Shown here: positions 1-15,598 of the stretch, piece by piece
Layout of the letters: the number at the start of each line of letters is the position of its first letter
How positions within the stretch are numbered: the stretch's first letter is position 1
From: the human T2T-CHM13v2.0 reference genome, Homo sapiens
DNA: 64,000 nt
Assembly (NCBI RefSeq): GCF_009914755.1
Contig: NC_060930.1
Strand: one strand, 5' to 3'
Notes under the pieces: model-generated
Told to the model about the DNA's origin: nothing
Databases searched by the model: none
The model's input: the letters and a program-made list of their open reading frames with translations, nothing else
Program-made: the position numbers and the translations under genes

Positions 1-236
1 TACCAGGAAACATGGAGTCCTGTTTATACCGTATACATTTTCAGGATTGTCTTCTCTTGTGGTGGATCTAACAAATGTGATCCATTTCCGTAGAGTTGTT
101 TTTTTTTTTCGAGAAATTTTAAATGTCTTTAAACAATCATAAAATAATACATACTTATTTCATTGGCTCTCTAAAGTCTATTCCCTTATAGATTTGGTTA
201 GAAGGCAATCAAACACATGGACTGTATTATAGTCCC

Positions 237-753
237 TGTGACGAGAGTTTATGTATTAACTTGGCTAGGCTATGGTCCTCAGTTACTCAAGCAGACACTA
301 ATCTTGGTGTTTCTGTGAAGCTTTCTTGTAGATGTGACTAGGATCTATAATCAGTTTATTTTAAGTAAGAGAGATTATCCTAGATAACCTGAAGGGGGCT
401 GATTCAATCTGTGGAAAGGCCTAAGAGCATAACTGAGCCTTCCCTGAGGAAGAAGAGATTTCACCTGTGGACAGCAGCGTCAGGCTGTGCTCAAGAGTTC
501 CAGCCTGCCCTTCCTGATGGCCACTCTGTGGATTTAGGAGGTGCCTACCCAGCCCTGAAACCGTGTAAGCCACTTCCTTCCAGTAAATCTCTCCATATAT
601 CTGTGTATACACAGATATATAGATACAATGTGTGCCTGCATGTATATATATGTAGGGATATACACATATATATGCATATATGTGTGTATGTGTATGTATA
701 TTTGATATAAGCATCCTGCTGGTCTGGTCTCTCTGGTGAAGCTCTGGCTGATA
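237..753 (+). mobile_element. MLT2-family (ERVL) solo LTR, old (MLT2C/D-like), with an internal (TA/TG) microsatellite
   Basis: Starts TGTG. Has the MLT2-type blocks 'aacttggctaggctatggt', 'ataatcagtttattttaagtaagagagattatcc' and 'tgattcaatctgtggaaaggcc'. A TA-rich tract at ~595-700 precedes the 'tcctgctggtctggtctctctgg' end. Confidence 0.75.
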
Positions 754-775
754 AAGCTCCTATAGAAACAAATTA

Positions 776-1127
<352 letters not shown>

Positions 1128-1165
1128 TTAAACTTTCCCTGTTATTTGCAAAATTATAGTTCAAA

Positions 1166-1214
1166 CCTCTCTCTCTCTCTCTCTCTCTCTCTCGCTATAT
1201 ATATATACATATAT
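1166..1214. repeat. Compound (CT)n(TA)n microsatellite
   Basis: Directly visible. Confidence 0.9.
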
Positions 1215-3699
1215 AAATTCCAGGTAGCCATATGGCAAATTCCTCTCAGAATTCAACACCAGGAGAAAGTTCACCACTTCCAACAGTGTGGTGGTTTCCT
1301 TTCATTTGACAATAAACATGGTCACCTAATACATTCTCCTTGGTATGTTTTCAAGCTTGAGAGCTTGGTGCCACACTTTTAACTTAATTCTAGTCATCAG
1401 CTTATCCTAAATGCCTAAAAGGAGGTATAGAATAAAAAAAAAAAGATTTAATAGAGGCTAAATTCAATAAGCCAATTTTTTTCTATTGCATAATAGCTAA
1501 ACTATTCTTAACATTGAAGTCATATTTTTGTCTTGCAACTAATATGTGTTGAGTATTTACTTTTAGGATGAGTAAAATCTTGGCCCTAGGCAACATATAA
1601 AAGAATAGCACATTTTAATCTGTGAAATCGTGTACTAGATCTTTACATGTTTAAATACCAGATGTAGATTAGTGTTTAGAAGTGAACCCTTTGAGGTAGA
1701 GAGACCCGGAGTCTGAGGCCTCTTGGATCATTTATTATCTGTGTGATCCCAACATCTCTTTGCTTGAGCTTTTTTGCATCTACAAAGAAGAAATAATAAG
1801 ATAAAGAATATTTAACACAGTTTCTGGTACACAGTAAACACAACAACACAACAAATAGTTTTCTCCATGGGGCTATGATGTTTAACAAGTGGTAAGAGTC
1901 TGTAGAAAAATAAGAGGGTAGTAAGCGCCTTGTTAATTAAAGCAGTTCCCAGTATACTGATAATAATGACTGTTATGTGAATCTCGGGTAAAACTGACAC
2001 CTCCCCAGAAATGCCACACTTGTAAACTACTCATAAGACATAAGACTGCTGTCTAGAAAGGGATGAGGCCTCTCTTTGCTGGTATACATGCTGAGGTAAG
2101 TCACTGTCAGCCCCCTTAGACGCTCTGTACTACCAGAGAGCTATGTGAATGGCCCATCATGCCTCTCATTCAATATCATGTCAGTGCAGTAGTCATTTGA
2201 TTGATGTTTGAGTTTGCTTTCCCATATTTCCATAATGAACACATTCAAAAGGGGCTGTATGTGTACTTTCTCTGTGGAAGCATGAAAAGGAAGCAAATGA
2301 ACAGCTTCTAATGCAATCGGAATATTCCAGTGGCTGCTGATCAATCAGGTTGAGAGCCAGTAGGTACCTACAAGCAATGACCCTTAAAATAAGGCTTGAT
2401 GATGATCTCTCTATGGAAGCCAAGATTTCTTTGTGCCTGTTTTCTATCATGGCTGCATCTATTATAAAAGCATTCTATTATGTGCATTTATTTTTCTTCC
2501 ACGGCTCTGAAATTCTGTGTTAAAAGAATAGGAGAGAATCAAATACCATCTTAGGACCCCTTACTAGAGTCAAGGCAAACATCAAAGGCATGAAGCACAC
2601 ATTTGTACTTCTTTGGGAATAGATGAAATATTTTTCTTTTTGGTGTGTAGCTTTCCAGAAGATGGCAGCAGAGATACGTAAGTCCAGCCTCTGTAAAGGG
2701 AATCTATCAAGAGAGGAAGTCTCCCTATGAGTCACCAGCCGCTGATATATGCAAAACTCGTTCTGACAAGACAGTGCCACAGAACGGAGATGGTGTTAGA
2801 TTATAATGCATTAAAACACAATTTTGAAAAGAAGAAAGTAAGGTTATTTCCTTTCAAGTACACAACATCTTAAAATCACAGACTCTCATGGTGTGAGGCA
2901 ATCTTAAACTGTGCTAAGCTCCAAATGCAAACAGACGAAGACAGTGTTCTATGTGTGGTCTCCAAAGGGCTAAAAAGAAAGAATTTTCAGGAGGCTGGAT
3001 ACAGCTCTGTAGAGTACCCACGTTCCTTTGTCTTTCACAAATTCTGTACTAATCCCCAGGGATATTAAACAATGCCAATTAGTTTCCCACAAAATATTGT
3101 GACCTCCAACACCCTGCAGCCCTAGGCTTATTTTTGTTTTAGGTTTGCTCTTTGAACAGGTCCTTACTTTCTTTGGTTTAATTTCCATTCTTGCAAGCTC
3201 TGAAAAGATCCCCGAAAATCCCCTTTTCTTACACCAACATCTATCATCATGCGCGTGCACGTAACCATCCCATCTTTCAGTTGTGCAGTCTGCACTGACC
3301 CACTCACTATGAGTACCGTCTAGTAGGAAACTTTAGTACCACCTGTCTCAGAACTAGGGCCCCTCAGAGAAGATGAGTTCATGCAATGAGGAGAAAAGAC
3401 CCACTGAGCTTACTTTCAACAGGCTGACCTCAGCACCTCACATTAAAAGATCCATGATAAGGTGGTCCTCCTGACAATGGTTCTGCTGGGAATTAACTAT
3501 CCAGTCTATAATTACGGACAAAGACATTTACATTTACTTCCTACTCCAAAATAGTTTTGATTTTTACCATAACTTAAAGGGAAAATAAACTTAAAAATGT
3601 GTATTGGCCATTTATTTTTTTCTTTTCTTTAAGAGCGTTACTGAAATATCATTTGCAGAGTCATGGATTTTTAAAAAGTAGGTATTCTTTGAATGCAAA

Positions 3700-4210
3700 A
3701 TATGTGCAGGTAGCACAGATTCAAAAGGTACATTGTGAAAAATGTCTCCTTTCCTCCTTGGTCAGCTACATAGCTTCCCAGAGACAATCACTGTCACCTG
3801 TTTGTATAGGTATTGTTCCAGAAATATGTTCTGCACTCAATCATCAATTTATGCTATTTTTAAACAAAAATACCCTATAAAACATTGTATAATGTGCTGT
3901 ACTCTGCTTGTTGGTTTTTCGTTTAATGCATGCTACAGATGGCTGTCTATTAGCACACGGAGAGCTGCTCCATTCTTCCTGAACAGCCACACAATATTCC
4001 AGTGGATAGATGTGCCTTCGTTCATTTCACCAGCCCCTCCGATCAGCATTTAGGTCCTTCCAATATTTTGCCATGACAAACAAAGCTGCAGGGAATGTCC
4101 CGCTCTTCAGGTCATTTCACACATGTGAAAGGAAATCTGTAGCAGAAATTTCTAGACATGAAATAGCTGGGTCCAAGGGCATATGGACTTTCCATTTTGA
4201 TTGCTTTCGC
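3700..4210 (-). mobile_element. Ancient L1 (L1M/L1ME-type) 3' fragment
   Basis: Antisense L1 3'-region motifs: 'atattccagtggatagatgtgcc', 'catttaggtccttccaatattttgccatgacaaacaaagctgc', 'aatttctagacatgaaatagctgggtccaagggcatatg'. Confidence 0.65.
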
Positions 4211-7004
4211 GAGCCTTGTCAGTCACAGGCTTAGCAGCAAGGTGGGTGGAAGCTGCTTCCCCAACACGCTGTGGTCTCAACCACCGCCTTTGTCAAGCTG
4301 CTTTAAAAGAATATCAAATACATCCCAGCACTTTTGCTAAGACCTTCTTTATACATGTTTTGTCACCACAGAGTTGTGTTCCTAGCCAAAGCAATTACTC
4401 TGACCACGTTTAAGTCTTGTCTACACAGCCAAAGCTGGGTCAGGAGTGGCCTGTGGTCAGGCTCACTCTGACTTTCCTCAGCTCAACACACATGGAGCTG
4501 GTCGTCTCATTCTGATGGGCCTGAATCTGGCCCGCCTGCCAGGAAAGGACTTGTAATGAATTTAAGCTCAGCGGCTTTAAACACAGACAGCCAACAAATT
4601 AGAGGTCCAGGTTAGAGAGAAAGAAACAGTGAATGGGGGAACGGCAGCTTCCCTCACTTGTGGCTGTGTCGTGAGCCTCAGCTTTGCAGACTTGGCTCTC
4701 AGTGACGCTTGCCAGGTGACCTGACTGCAGCAGTCTGCCAGAGGACAGGGGAAGCTGGGGTGGGAGTGCTGTATGCTCTCGGTCCCTAATCCCCCGCCTC
4801 TTTTCTTACTTTCTCTTTACTGTAACCATTTCTGAAAACAATTCCTATGGGGACAGTCCTTATCTTCCAAGGTCCCCAGCTCTGGCATTTGTGTCATGGC
4901 TTACCTTGTTCCCAAAGGCTAAGGTAGGACCTGGTTGCAAGCTGGAACTCTTGTTCAATGATATGTTCACACCATCCTGTTCATCTAAACAAACTTCTTG
5001 GCGGGCAAATTTCAATATCTAACTGAGAATTCCCTTTACCATCCTGCAAGGCCTGCCCAATTTTGCTTTAAAATGAGCATTTCTCAGACCTTATGGAGCA
5101 GTTGGCTCCTTCTAGAACTGGAGCACTGGTCACAGAGTATCAAATTCAATGCCACTTTCAAACATCGCCATTCATTAGTGGGCCCATTCAAATATTGCCA
5201 TTAATTAGTGAACATGTTTGAATATGGCCATTCATTAGTAAAACGCACAGCATATGTCTTCTATAATTTTTAACTGGTCCCTAATCCTCGTGACCTTATC
5301 ATTTACAATCTGCAGCAAGGCACTAGACTCTGTAGAAATGATTACGCTACGCCAGTAAAAATGTGAAATCCAAGCCATATGGCAATTTGAGCCCAATTTG
5401 TCCCATGTGCCTGTGGGTATCCTTATGCTCTCTAGCACAGCAGGGGAGGCGAAATGCTTTCCCTGAATACCTGGGCCCGCCCTGGGCAACTTGGGGCAAG
5501 GCCAGCTTTGGAAAGAGGCCTGAACATGTTTGGGGACACCCTGCCAGCACATCTTACAGACTTTTGTCTTTGGAGGTTTTGCAGCTCCTCAATGATCAAT
5601 CAATCAATCAGTCAAAATGATACATTAACCCTTTATTGTATGTTGAGCAGTCTCATAGGTGCCCTGCAGGTATACCTGTTCTGGCCCCTTTCCCCTGCAG
5701 CCTCAGCCAAAATGATCAAGGTGTTTTCTTCCCAAGCCCTGTTTCTTACTCATACCTCTATTAAACTGTTTCACCCTCTATATGAAACTGTCTCCACCTA
5801 TCTCCTCTTCTAAAGGGATAGGATTTGTATCTTATTCATCTTTGTCTTCCCAAGATCCAGGTGCTAGAACATAGTAGGTGATCAGTGTCTCTTTGTGGCA
5901 ATCCAGGTGCTGGAGTCAAGTAGCTTACAGCTAAGGTGGATGTTTATAAAGCATAAAAGAGCTGAAGGACAATTGTGTACTCCATGATACAATGCACAAT
6001 CATGGGTTGAATTGAGTATTCTTGTGTAAGTCTTAAGGGTCCCATAGAAGAGATCCAGGCGGGTTGAGGTCAGTGGGTAAGAGCACGTGGAGATAGCATT
6101 TGTTTTTCTGCCCTTCACATTTGCCCCTTCAGGGAGCATTCTAACATCAAGCTTAATTGACTGCCTCTCTTCTAACAACTTCTCAAAATCTATTCCACCC
6201 TTCCCAACTCCTCTTTTAAGATGCACTTTGCCTATTGCATATTTCCATTTGGATAGGTTGCAGTCACCTCAAATTCAAGTCACTTCTAATTCCACGTGAT
6301 TATCATGAAGTTGCAAGGACCTAACAGAATAATGGCAATCATCAAACCTTTGCAGAATAAACAAGCAGTAGTAGCTGGAAAAGCCTCAACTTCTGAGAAG
6401 CAGAAGAGGATAGCACAGTGCTGAGGAAACCCAGTACTGAGAATGGAGAGGTCAATCCTGAGTACAAGAGGAATAACTAAGACTTTCTGCCAGGGAAAGT
6501 ACTTTAGTGACCTCGGAGGCCATAATTTTGGTCCAATGGTTCAATGGTCAGCTAGATTCAGAGGCTAAGATCACAGGCATGATGGGGTGGAAAAGGCTTC
6601 ACAACAGAGAGCTCTGAATCAGTTTGAAAACAGCAAAAGATGATGAAAAGAGAGAGAATGAAGACGCTAGCCAGAGAGGGGGCAGGATGGGAGTGAAGTC
6701 CCAGAGAAAGTCGAGGCTAGGGAGACACACTCAAAGGTTTATGGCTTTCAATGGAGGAGGATAAGGTTTTGCAGCAAAATCCTAGGAGAGTCACATTGAT
6801 GAGAGAGTTTTCTCAAGGAGATGACACCCATGCCCTTGGTCTTCCTAACAGAGCACCATAGCAGCTCTGAATCTTCTGGAGTCTAGGGGGAGAGGAGAGT
6901 CACAGATAGAGAGGAGGCTGAAACAGTTACTGTCAGTTGGAGCATCCATGAGACATGAATTGAAGGGACGCCCATCCATGTTGATAACTAAATTCACATC
7001 ACAG

Positions 7005-7182
7005 CACTGGCTCTAGTTAGTTCCCTAGAATGTGGTTCCCAGACTAGCACCATCAGCATCACCCAGGAGCATGTCAGAAAACCCGAATTTCAGGCCCCAC
7101 CCAAGAAGTACTAGACCAGAATCTTTCATTTTACCAGGATCCCCGAGTGACTTGTATGCACCATTTAGAGACCCTGTTCTAG
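7005..7182. mobile_element. MER5-type hAT-Charlie MITE
   Basis: 'gtggttcccagactagcaccatcagcatcacc...caggccccaccc...gaatct..cattttaccaggatccccgagtgacttgtatgca' resembles MER5A/B. Confidence 0.65.
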
Positions 7183-7509
7183 CTCATTCATTCAACCAAA
7201 AGTTCCTACTCAGGAACTCCACTCAGAATGTATGCTGTGCATTGCTGGAGCCTGCAAAGATGCAGAACGTATGTAATTTCCAGTTTCAGAGGAGTCACAA
7301 TTCACCTCTCCCTTGCTCTACCCAATGCTCCCTCCATTCCACAAGTACTCATCAAGCATGTACTGTGTGTGAATGGTAAGGCACTGGCCATTCTTCATGG
7401 CCTCACAGAGTTCACAGTCAGCTGTGTCCTGATCATATGATGGATGTGAGGTTCCATGGGAGCACAGTGTTGAACCTGGGAGGTGCAGGTTGTAGTGAGG
7501 AGATGAGGA

Positions 7510-8290
7510 GGTTACAGACAGGAGACAGGGAAATATTGGGTAGAAGAGGGCAGTTCCCCAGCAAAGGCCTGACCCTCAAGCCTGGAAACCCATGGCCCTA
7601 AATGGGAACAGGCATTCCTGTTTTCACACCCAAATGTTGCCTTTTGGCCTGTCATGCCCCCCTATCCTGTCCCTATATAAACTCCAAACCCCAGGCTCCA
7701 TGAGCAGAAGAGCAGCAGAGGAGAGAAGAGAAGGAATATCTGAATGTCGAGAGGAGTTCTGCTGCAGACAGTTAGAGAGGAGATTGGCTGCTGGACGGCC
7801 CAACTCCAGGGGAAGATCATCTTTCTACTCCATCCCCTTTCCAGCTCCCCATCCATCCATCCCACTGAGAGCCACATCCACCACTCAATAAAACCCTGCA
7901 GTCACCATCCTTCAAGTCCATGGGTGACCTGATTTTTCTGGATGCCAGACAAGAACTTGGAATATGGAAAGCTGTCACACTGGCCCTCTGCCCTTGCAAA
8001 AAGGCAGAGGGTCCACTGAGCTGTTTAACACTTAAGCTGTCTGCAGACAGCAAAATTAAAAGAGCGCACTGTAACACACAGCTAACTGGGCTTTGGGAGT
8101 CACAGGCACCCATCCCTAGACACTACTGTGGGGCCAGAGCCCAGAAGTGCTCGTCCTGGCTCCTGCACCTGCTCATCTGCATGCTCCCCCTCCCATAAGG
8201 AGTTTGAGCAGTGGTGGTGGCTGAACTGATGAGCCATATGCCTGTTGCATGTCCTGCAACCGGGGTGGGTCAGGGAACTCTCCCGTTTCA
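7510..8290 (+). mobile_element. LTR1-family (ERV1) solo LTR
   Basis: 5' end 'acagacaggagacagggaaatattgggtagaagagggcagttcccc'. TATA-like 'tatataaa' at ~7674 and AATAAA at ~7887. 3' end 'gggaactctcccgtttca'. Confidence 0.8.
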
Positions 8291-8476
8291 GCAGTAAGAA
8301 GAGGAAGGTGAACTGGGACCAATGGAGTTTGCTGGAAATGATAGCCCCCAGAAAGTACCAATCCCAGTGCTAGGGATGATGCCAGCATTCTAGTGTAATT
8401 CACTCTGCTAGTGTAATTCTGCAACACTTTTGTCTTTTTGATTTTGAAACCACCGTGAAAGGATACAGCCTAGAAC

Positions 8477-8815
8477 AGTGCTGTCCAATTGAAACAGCAA
8501 TAATTTTTAATGGTCTAGTAGCTATATGAAAAGAGGAAAAAGAAACAAGTAAAATTAATTTCAATATTTTACTTAACTAAATATATTCAAAATTGTATCA
8601 TTTCAACATGCAATCGATATAAAAATTGGTAATGAGTTATTTTATATTCATTTTTACTAAGCTTTTGGAATCGGGTCTGCTTTTACTCTTTCAATGCATC
8701 TCAGTTGGGACTAGCCCTATTCTATGGGCTCAGGAGCCTCACGTGGGCACCATGTTGGACAGGAGCCTCACAGGGCTAGTGGCCACCATGCTGGCCACCA
8801 CGCTGGACTGCGCAG
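8477..8815. mobile_element. MER33-like hAT-Charlie DNA transposon fossil
   Basis: Starts 'cagtgctgtccaat'. AT-rich core 'tttcaacatgcaatcgatataaaaatt...tattttatattcattttt'. Ends 'gctagtggccacc...tggactgcgcag'. Confidence 0.7.
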
Positions 8816-8933
8816 GTCTACAAGGACCCTGCTGTCTGAGGACTCCTTGCACGATGCAGAGTTCAGTTAAGGGTCCACAGAACAAAAGCGACAGAACACC
8901 TCCAATATTTTAGAAGAAAGTAGGATGAGGTGA

Positions 8934-9327
<394 letters not shown>

Positions 9328-9707
9328 TAAAGGATGCTGTGTTTATTTTCAGCCTTTGGACGACCCATATGAGTTTCACTTCACACTGTGTTGAAGAAAA
9401 GAGCTGCAGGGGACAGAAAATCAGTCAAATTAAAGAAAATATGAGGCGTAACTGCCCTGCAGTGAGAGCATATGAATTTTTCTGCCACACACTCTGAGTC
9501 ATTTGTTAAAGAAAGCCAGAGAATAAGAACTGTCCTGGGTTATCGCTAACTTTCACTGTGTCTGATTTACTTGTTTGCACACTTTGTCAAATCTTGGACC
9601 AGGGACAGATAGCGTCCAGGCCATTACTCAAGGGGAAGACTGTTGATCAGAGTACACTGCAAACAAACATCTGTTTCTGATGGCTGCAGCACCATCCTTC
9701 ATTATAG

Positions 9708-10298
<591 letters not shown>

Positions 10299-11184
10299 TT
10301 AGAGTACTGATCTGGATTTCACCCTTGAAGTTAAGCACACACTAATGACAGAAGCTGAAATAAATCCCCCAAATGTCTTGAACACTTTCTAGGCTTGTGT
10401 CTCTCCATGAGATTCTCAGACAGCTGCATTTGGATTTCCGGGGGCTGGACTGGATCTCAGATGTTTCTGGCCCAGAACCTCTGCCCTAAATGATTATTCA
10501 TGAATGTTCTGGCTCAAAGGAGGAGAGAGAAGATGAGAGATCCAGAGGTCTGAGATGTTTGTTCACACACCAATCTCTGGAGCGGAAGCCGTTAATGCTT
10601 CTACTTATATTCTTAAGGCCTCTTAAAGAAGGTTCCCAGCTTGGGGCTGGGTAATAATGGTGAGAGCATTTCCCACATTATCCTCTCGATATGCATCTCT
10701 GCCATGACTATCAGACAATGGTGAGAGCCAGAACCACTTAGAGAGCTGATTGTCATCACCGCCCTGACAGTCTCAGTGGCAGGCCAGGCTCTAAAGGCTC
10801 CTCTGGATGCCTGTTGGCCAAAGATAACTCATGCCTCGGGGGTCGTGAGCAGGAGGTGAAGCCAAATGCCTTCAGTGACCTGAAAAATGCTATCTCCCAG
10901 CAACATGCACACCTTGCAGTGTCTTATGAAATTATAAAATAAAACCCAGACTTATAAGACTCTTCCCCTGCCTAAGTTTTCTTTTTCTCTCTCAATTTTA
11001 TTGCTTTGCTAAGGACATAGAAAGCAAACTAATTAAATGACAGCTAAAGAGCAAGTGACTGTGTCCCAGGGCGGCTGAGATAATGCGCGGATCTCAGGTG
11101 AGTCGAGGAAATGCCACAGACATTGCTGCCTCTCTACTAATAAATAGCTTTTTGGTCCCATAACATGAGAGACATTCTGGAAGC

Positions 11185-11751
11185 TGTGGGGGAGCAAAAG
11201 ATGGCTTCCCTCTACCCTCCCAGGTTCTTTGGCTGGGCTATTGATTAAAATGGCATATAAACAGATTAACAGGAGAAAGAGCATATTCAATTCTGTACAC
11301 ATGAGAGTCCCACAGAATATGAGACTCCAAGAAGGGTTAGATCATGGAAGCCTACAGAACTATATCCTAGATACAGAAAAGAACAGGGGCTTGGGGATTC
11401 TTGTGAGGGGGAGGAGGTTAGAGGAGGGCAAGGAGAGGAATTGTATGGTGAATAAAGGTTGTCTTATTATGTAGATAAACAATCTCTCAGGTAATAAAAG
11501 TTGTCTCCGAGCAGCCCTGAGCAGAACAGGCAGTAGTCTCTCCAGGCATGGTGTCCACGTACTCATCTTCCCCGGCTGACACAATTCCCTGGGAGGGGAT
11601 TCACGACAACTGAGATCCATCAATTGTATTTGCAGAGAAGCTAGTTCAGAGAAAGGCCCTCCCCGAATTTGCTGTTCCCCAAGTGTCCTCTGTTAAGGAG
11701 TCAGCACACCAAAGCATCATATTTTGAGGTGGCATTTCCTGAACTCCTGCA
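11185..11751 (-). mobile_element. MER34-family (ERV1) solo LTR
   Basis: TG...CA termini. The minus-strand start TGCAGGAGTTCAGGAAATGCCACCTCAAAATATG resembles MER34. Perfect 4-bp TSD AAGC (11181-84, 11752-55). Confidence 0.8.
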
Positions 11752-12358
11752 AAGCTGAATAACAATGGAGAGTGAAGCATCAACTGTTCTCAGTGCTGGG
11801 CGCCCTTCCTCCCTCTCGATTTAGTGGCACAGACTGTTAGAACTGCAGGGCCCTCAGAGAGCTGATCATCTGTAGGGTAGAATACTGCCCCTTTTTCTTC
11901 TGGCTCTCTTAATAATATTGGGACCTAATATTCTATATTTTTAAAAATTGCCTAACGACATAGATCATGGCAAACACTAAAAAAGCACAAAAAAGCCAGA
12001 TTGTTTTGATAATAACAATGATCTAACTCCTTATTCTTTGAAATCCCATCTCTGTGATGAGAACCAAATTTTCAAAAGGCTAATAGCTCATAAAGGGCCC
12101 TTTACTGTTGTCCTGTGGAGAAACGGAAAAACGCTCATGGGGTCGGTTATTGTTCCAAATCAAATCATTCCTTTATCTCACAAGCATTTGTTGAGAGGAT
12201 GCTTCTCTCTGGCAGTGCAGGGCCTCAGGGCAGGAGCACGTAATGACTCTGCCCCATCTCTGTGAGAATCACTCTCTGGAGAGCCACGCTTTTATCCTCT
12301 GCTCCTCAGCCTATCTTCTCCCTAGCCCTCCTTTGCCTAGATGACTTGGAATAGGGAT

Positions 12359-12690
12359 TGCTATGGTTTGAATGCTTGGCCTCTCTGGAACTCATGCTGA
12401 GATTTTATTCACGTGAAGTCTTTCAGAGGTTATTAGGTCATTAGGGCTCCACCCTCATGAATGCATTAATGCTGTGAGGTGGGAGTGGGTTACTGTGGGA
12501 GGAGCTTTGTTAAAAACCTTTCTCTCTCTTTCACACATGCCTTTGCCCTTCTGCCTATCTGCTGTGGGATGATCCTGGCCAGATGCCAGCATCATGCTCT
12601 TGGACTTCCCAGCCTCCAGAATCAAGAGCCAAATAAACTTTTCTTTATAAATTACCCAGTCTGTGGTATTCCATGTAGCAACAGAGATCA
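12359..12690 (+). mobile_element. MaLR solo LTR (MST/MLT1A-like)
   Basis: Starts 'tgctatggtttgaatg'. Contains 'ttggacttcccagcctccagaa' and 'aataaacttttctttataaattacccagtctgtggtatt'. Confidence 0.8.
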
Positions 12691-13893
12691 TTCTAGGGAG
12701 TACTCTGATTCCCCATTAGGAAATCCCTTTGGGCAAACCTCCCTGACCCCAGGCCTGGGTTTGCTGTTTCTCCTGTGTGTTCTCACCACTCTGTACTGAC
12801 CTGATCCTAAATCCCTCCACCCTGCACTGGGTATTTCCTTATCCATCATCCCTACTAGACTCAAGTTCCCAGCTCTCTCACCCCATGTGTTCTGAGAGCT
12901 GCTATCTAAGTACTTGGCCCTGAGTAGGAGCTTAATAAAGGTTTATTCTAGGAAGAAAAGAAAGAAGAACACAGGCACCTAGACAGAAAATTGTGTGGCA
13001 ACGCATAGACGGGATGACAGAGGTTAGAGCAGTCACAGAGGAGGAGATGATTGCTCTCCCTGGACAGTCTGTCCAAATTCCACAGCCCCAGTGACACTTT
13101 GTGTCTTGAAGGGTAAACAAGATTCATCAAGACGCAAACAAGACAACTCTATAAATTGAGCTAATATCATCAGTGTCCATGAGCCACTGAACGCAGTTTC
13201 TTGTCTCAGTGACCCCAATGGCATCTGCAAAATTTAGTTAAGATTCAAAATTAAGAGAACAAAAATGTGTCAGGGTGTCTCTAAGTTTACATTATCTGTA
13301 AGAATTCATTTCTATGGCTCTGTGTTCAGAAAGACTTTTCTGCAGGAAAATTTATCATGGTGTATATCACTCCCTGCACAATGACGCAAGTCAAAATCAA
13401 GCATTTTCCATGGGAAGGCTCTGTTTCTAAGGATTGAAATGCTTATTCAGATAAGTCACTGAAATGGCACAGATGGCCACACCTGCCCCTTTATTGCTAC
13501 AGAGAACCTGACATCCTCTTTCAAGTCGGTAGCAACATACTTCTAAAAACAGAATGCGAAGCCGTAAATACTGCAATGGAATGGAGTTCCAGCAGAAAAG
13601 TATATGTTTCTGTAAAGTCATAAAAAGGGGGACTAATTCTTCTCTTACTGGGATGGTCTGATATACGTTTAATGTTTTATATTTTCATTGAAGGCAGGAA
13701 GATAGACTAAATGATAACATTGCTTCCCACCTTCTCCTCCAGCTCTGACTCTTTAAACTGAATGCTGATTTATCTCTCCAAATATCTCACAGGCCTTTAC
13801 TTTATTATGGGCCAGGAACAAATGGCAGTGGGTGAAATAGGCTTGGTCACACAGTGACAAGATTTACAATGGGATTTGGGGGAAAAGTCATTA

Positions 13894-14548
<655 letters not shown>

Positions 14549-14758
14549 CTAATTTGGAAAATGATGCTTTTCTTTGCTGAAGAGGAATGTCAAGTTAATT
14601 TCAAGGATCTAAAATAAACATATATCTGACACTGGCTCAGCATGGGAGTAAACCCACCTCCTTAAGAGCACTGGGAAAGAACCTGATAAGGGAAGCTGGG
14701 GATTGGTCTGTGGATGGAAATGACCCTCACAATCTCCTGGCTTTATGTTTTGTTCCTT

Positions 14759-14899
14759 TATACATACGTATATATATACACATATATACACACACATATA
14801 TATACATATATACACACATATATATACACATATATATACATACATATATACACACATATATACATATACACATATATACATATATATATATACACACAC
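14759..14899. repeat. Degenerate (TA/CA)n microsatellite
   Basis: Directly visible. It is the source of the YIY-rich ORFs. Confidence 0.9.
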
Positions 14900-15505
14900 T
14901 TGATTTGAGGTGTTGGTTTACAGTAAAATCTTCCCACTTAGCATCTACTTTTCTCAATTTTTTTCAAAGTCATGAAGTTTAGTTTGATGTTATCTAAAAG
15001 GGTGCTGATCCACTATGGGCACATTTTAGCTATTTTTCTCAAATCCACCAAAAACGTAAGGTGGTTGCTTTCAAGTTCTTCTTTTAGGGCGAGATGTCTG
15101 CTCAGTATATAGAAACTTTTTAAATGCTTCAATCACTGTAACTTGATAGGAACTTCCTATTTTGTTTCTTTGAATGGTACCCTAAGTTCTGCTTTATAAT
15201 ATCAGTAACCACAGGATTTTGAGTGCAATGCTCTATATAGCACAACAAAGTGGCTTCTTAGTATTAGCCCGAAGGAAATATGTTTTGGGTTAATGGCAAT
15301 ACAGTGACTTTCAACAAAAACTCCTTTGGCCCCAGTCATTTCCATTCTCTGCAGGCAAAATGGATCCTTCTCTCTTTGTGTTCAGTGATGAGCAAGCATT
15401 TCAAATGTACATACAACTTGTTTCTGTCAATCAGTGATTCACGCCGAGTCATGTTCAATCATGTTACCACAATCTGGAATTTGCAAATCTGTAAGCATTT
15501 CTCAG

Positions 15506-15598
15506 GCAATGAATTATGTCAACACAATTGCACCATCATTGATGGACTTGGAAATGCAGACAGAACTGAAGAGGAGCGTCTCGGCACTGCTGCTACGG
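15506..15598 (+). other. Candidate 93-nt exon (unverified)
   Basis: 'catttctcag|GCAATG...CTACGG|gtaagg'. Length is a multiple of 3 and two frames are open. Unique sequence, but the polypyrimidine tract is short. Confidence 0.25.

Noticed and set aside
5161-5240. Repeat-spacer pattern as a CRISPR array
   Set aside because: Only three imperfect repeats with 11-nt spacers, no cas genes, and a primate context. Kept only as a motif cluster.
13427-13621. - strand ATG ORF with a GAA|GTATGT donor
   Set aside because: Short and unrecognised, consistent with chance.
14609-14982. Tyr/Ile/His-rich ORFs
   Set aside because: Translations of a (TA/CA)n microsatellite.
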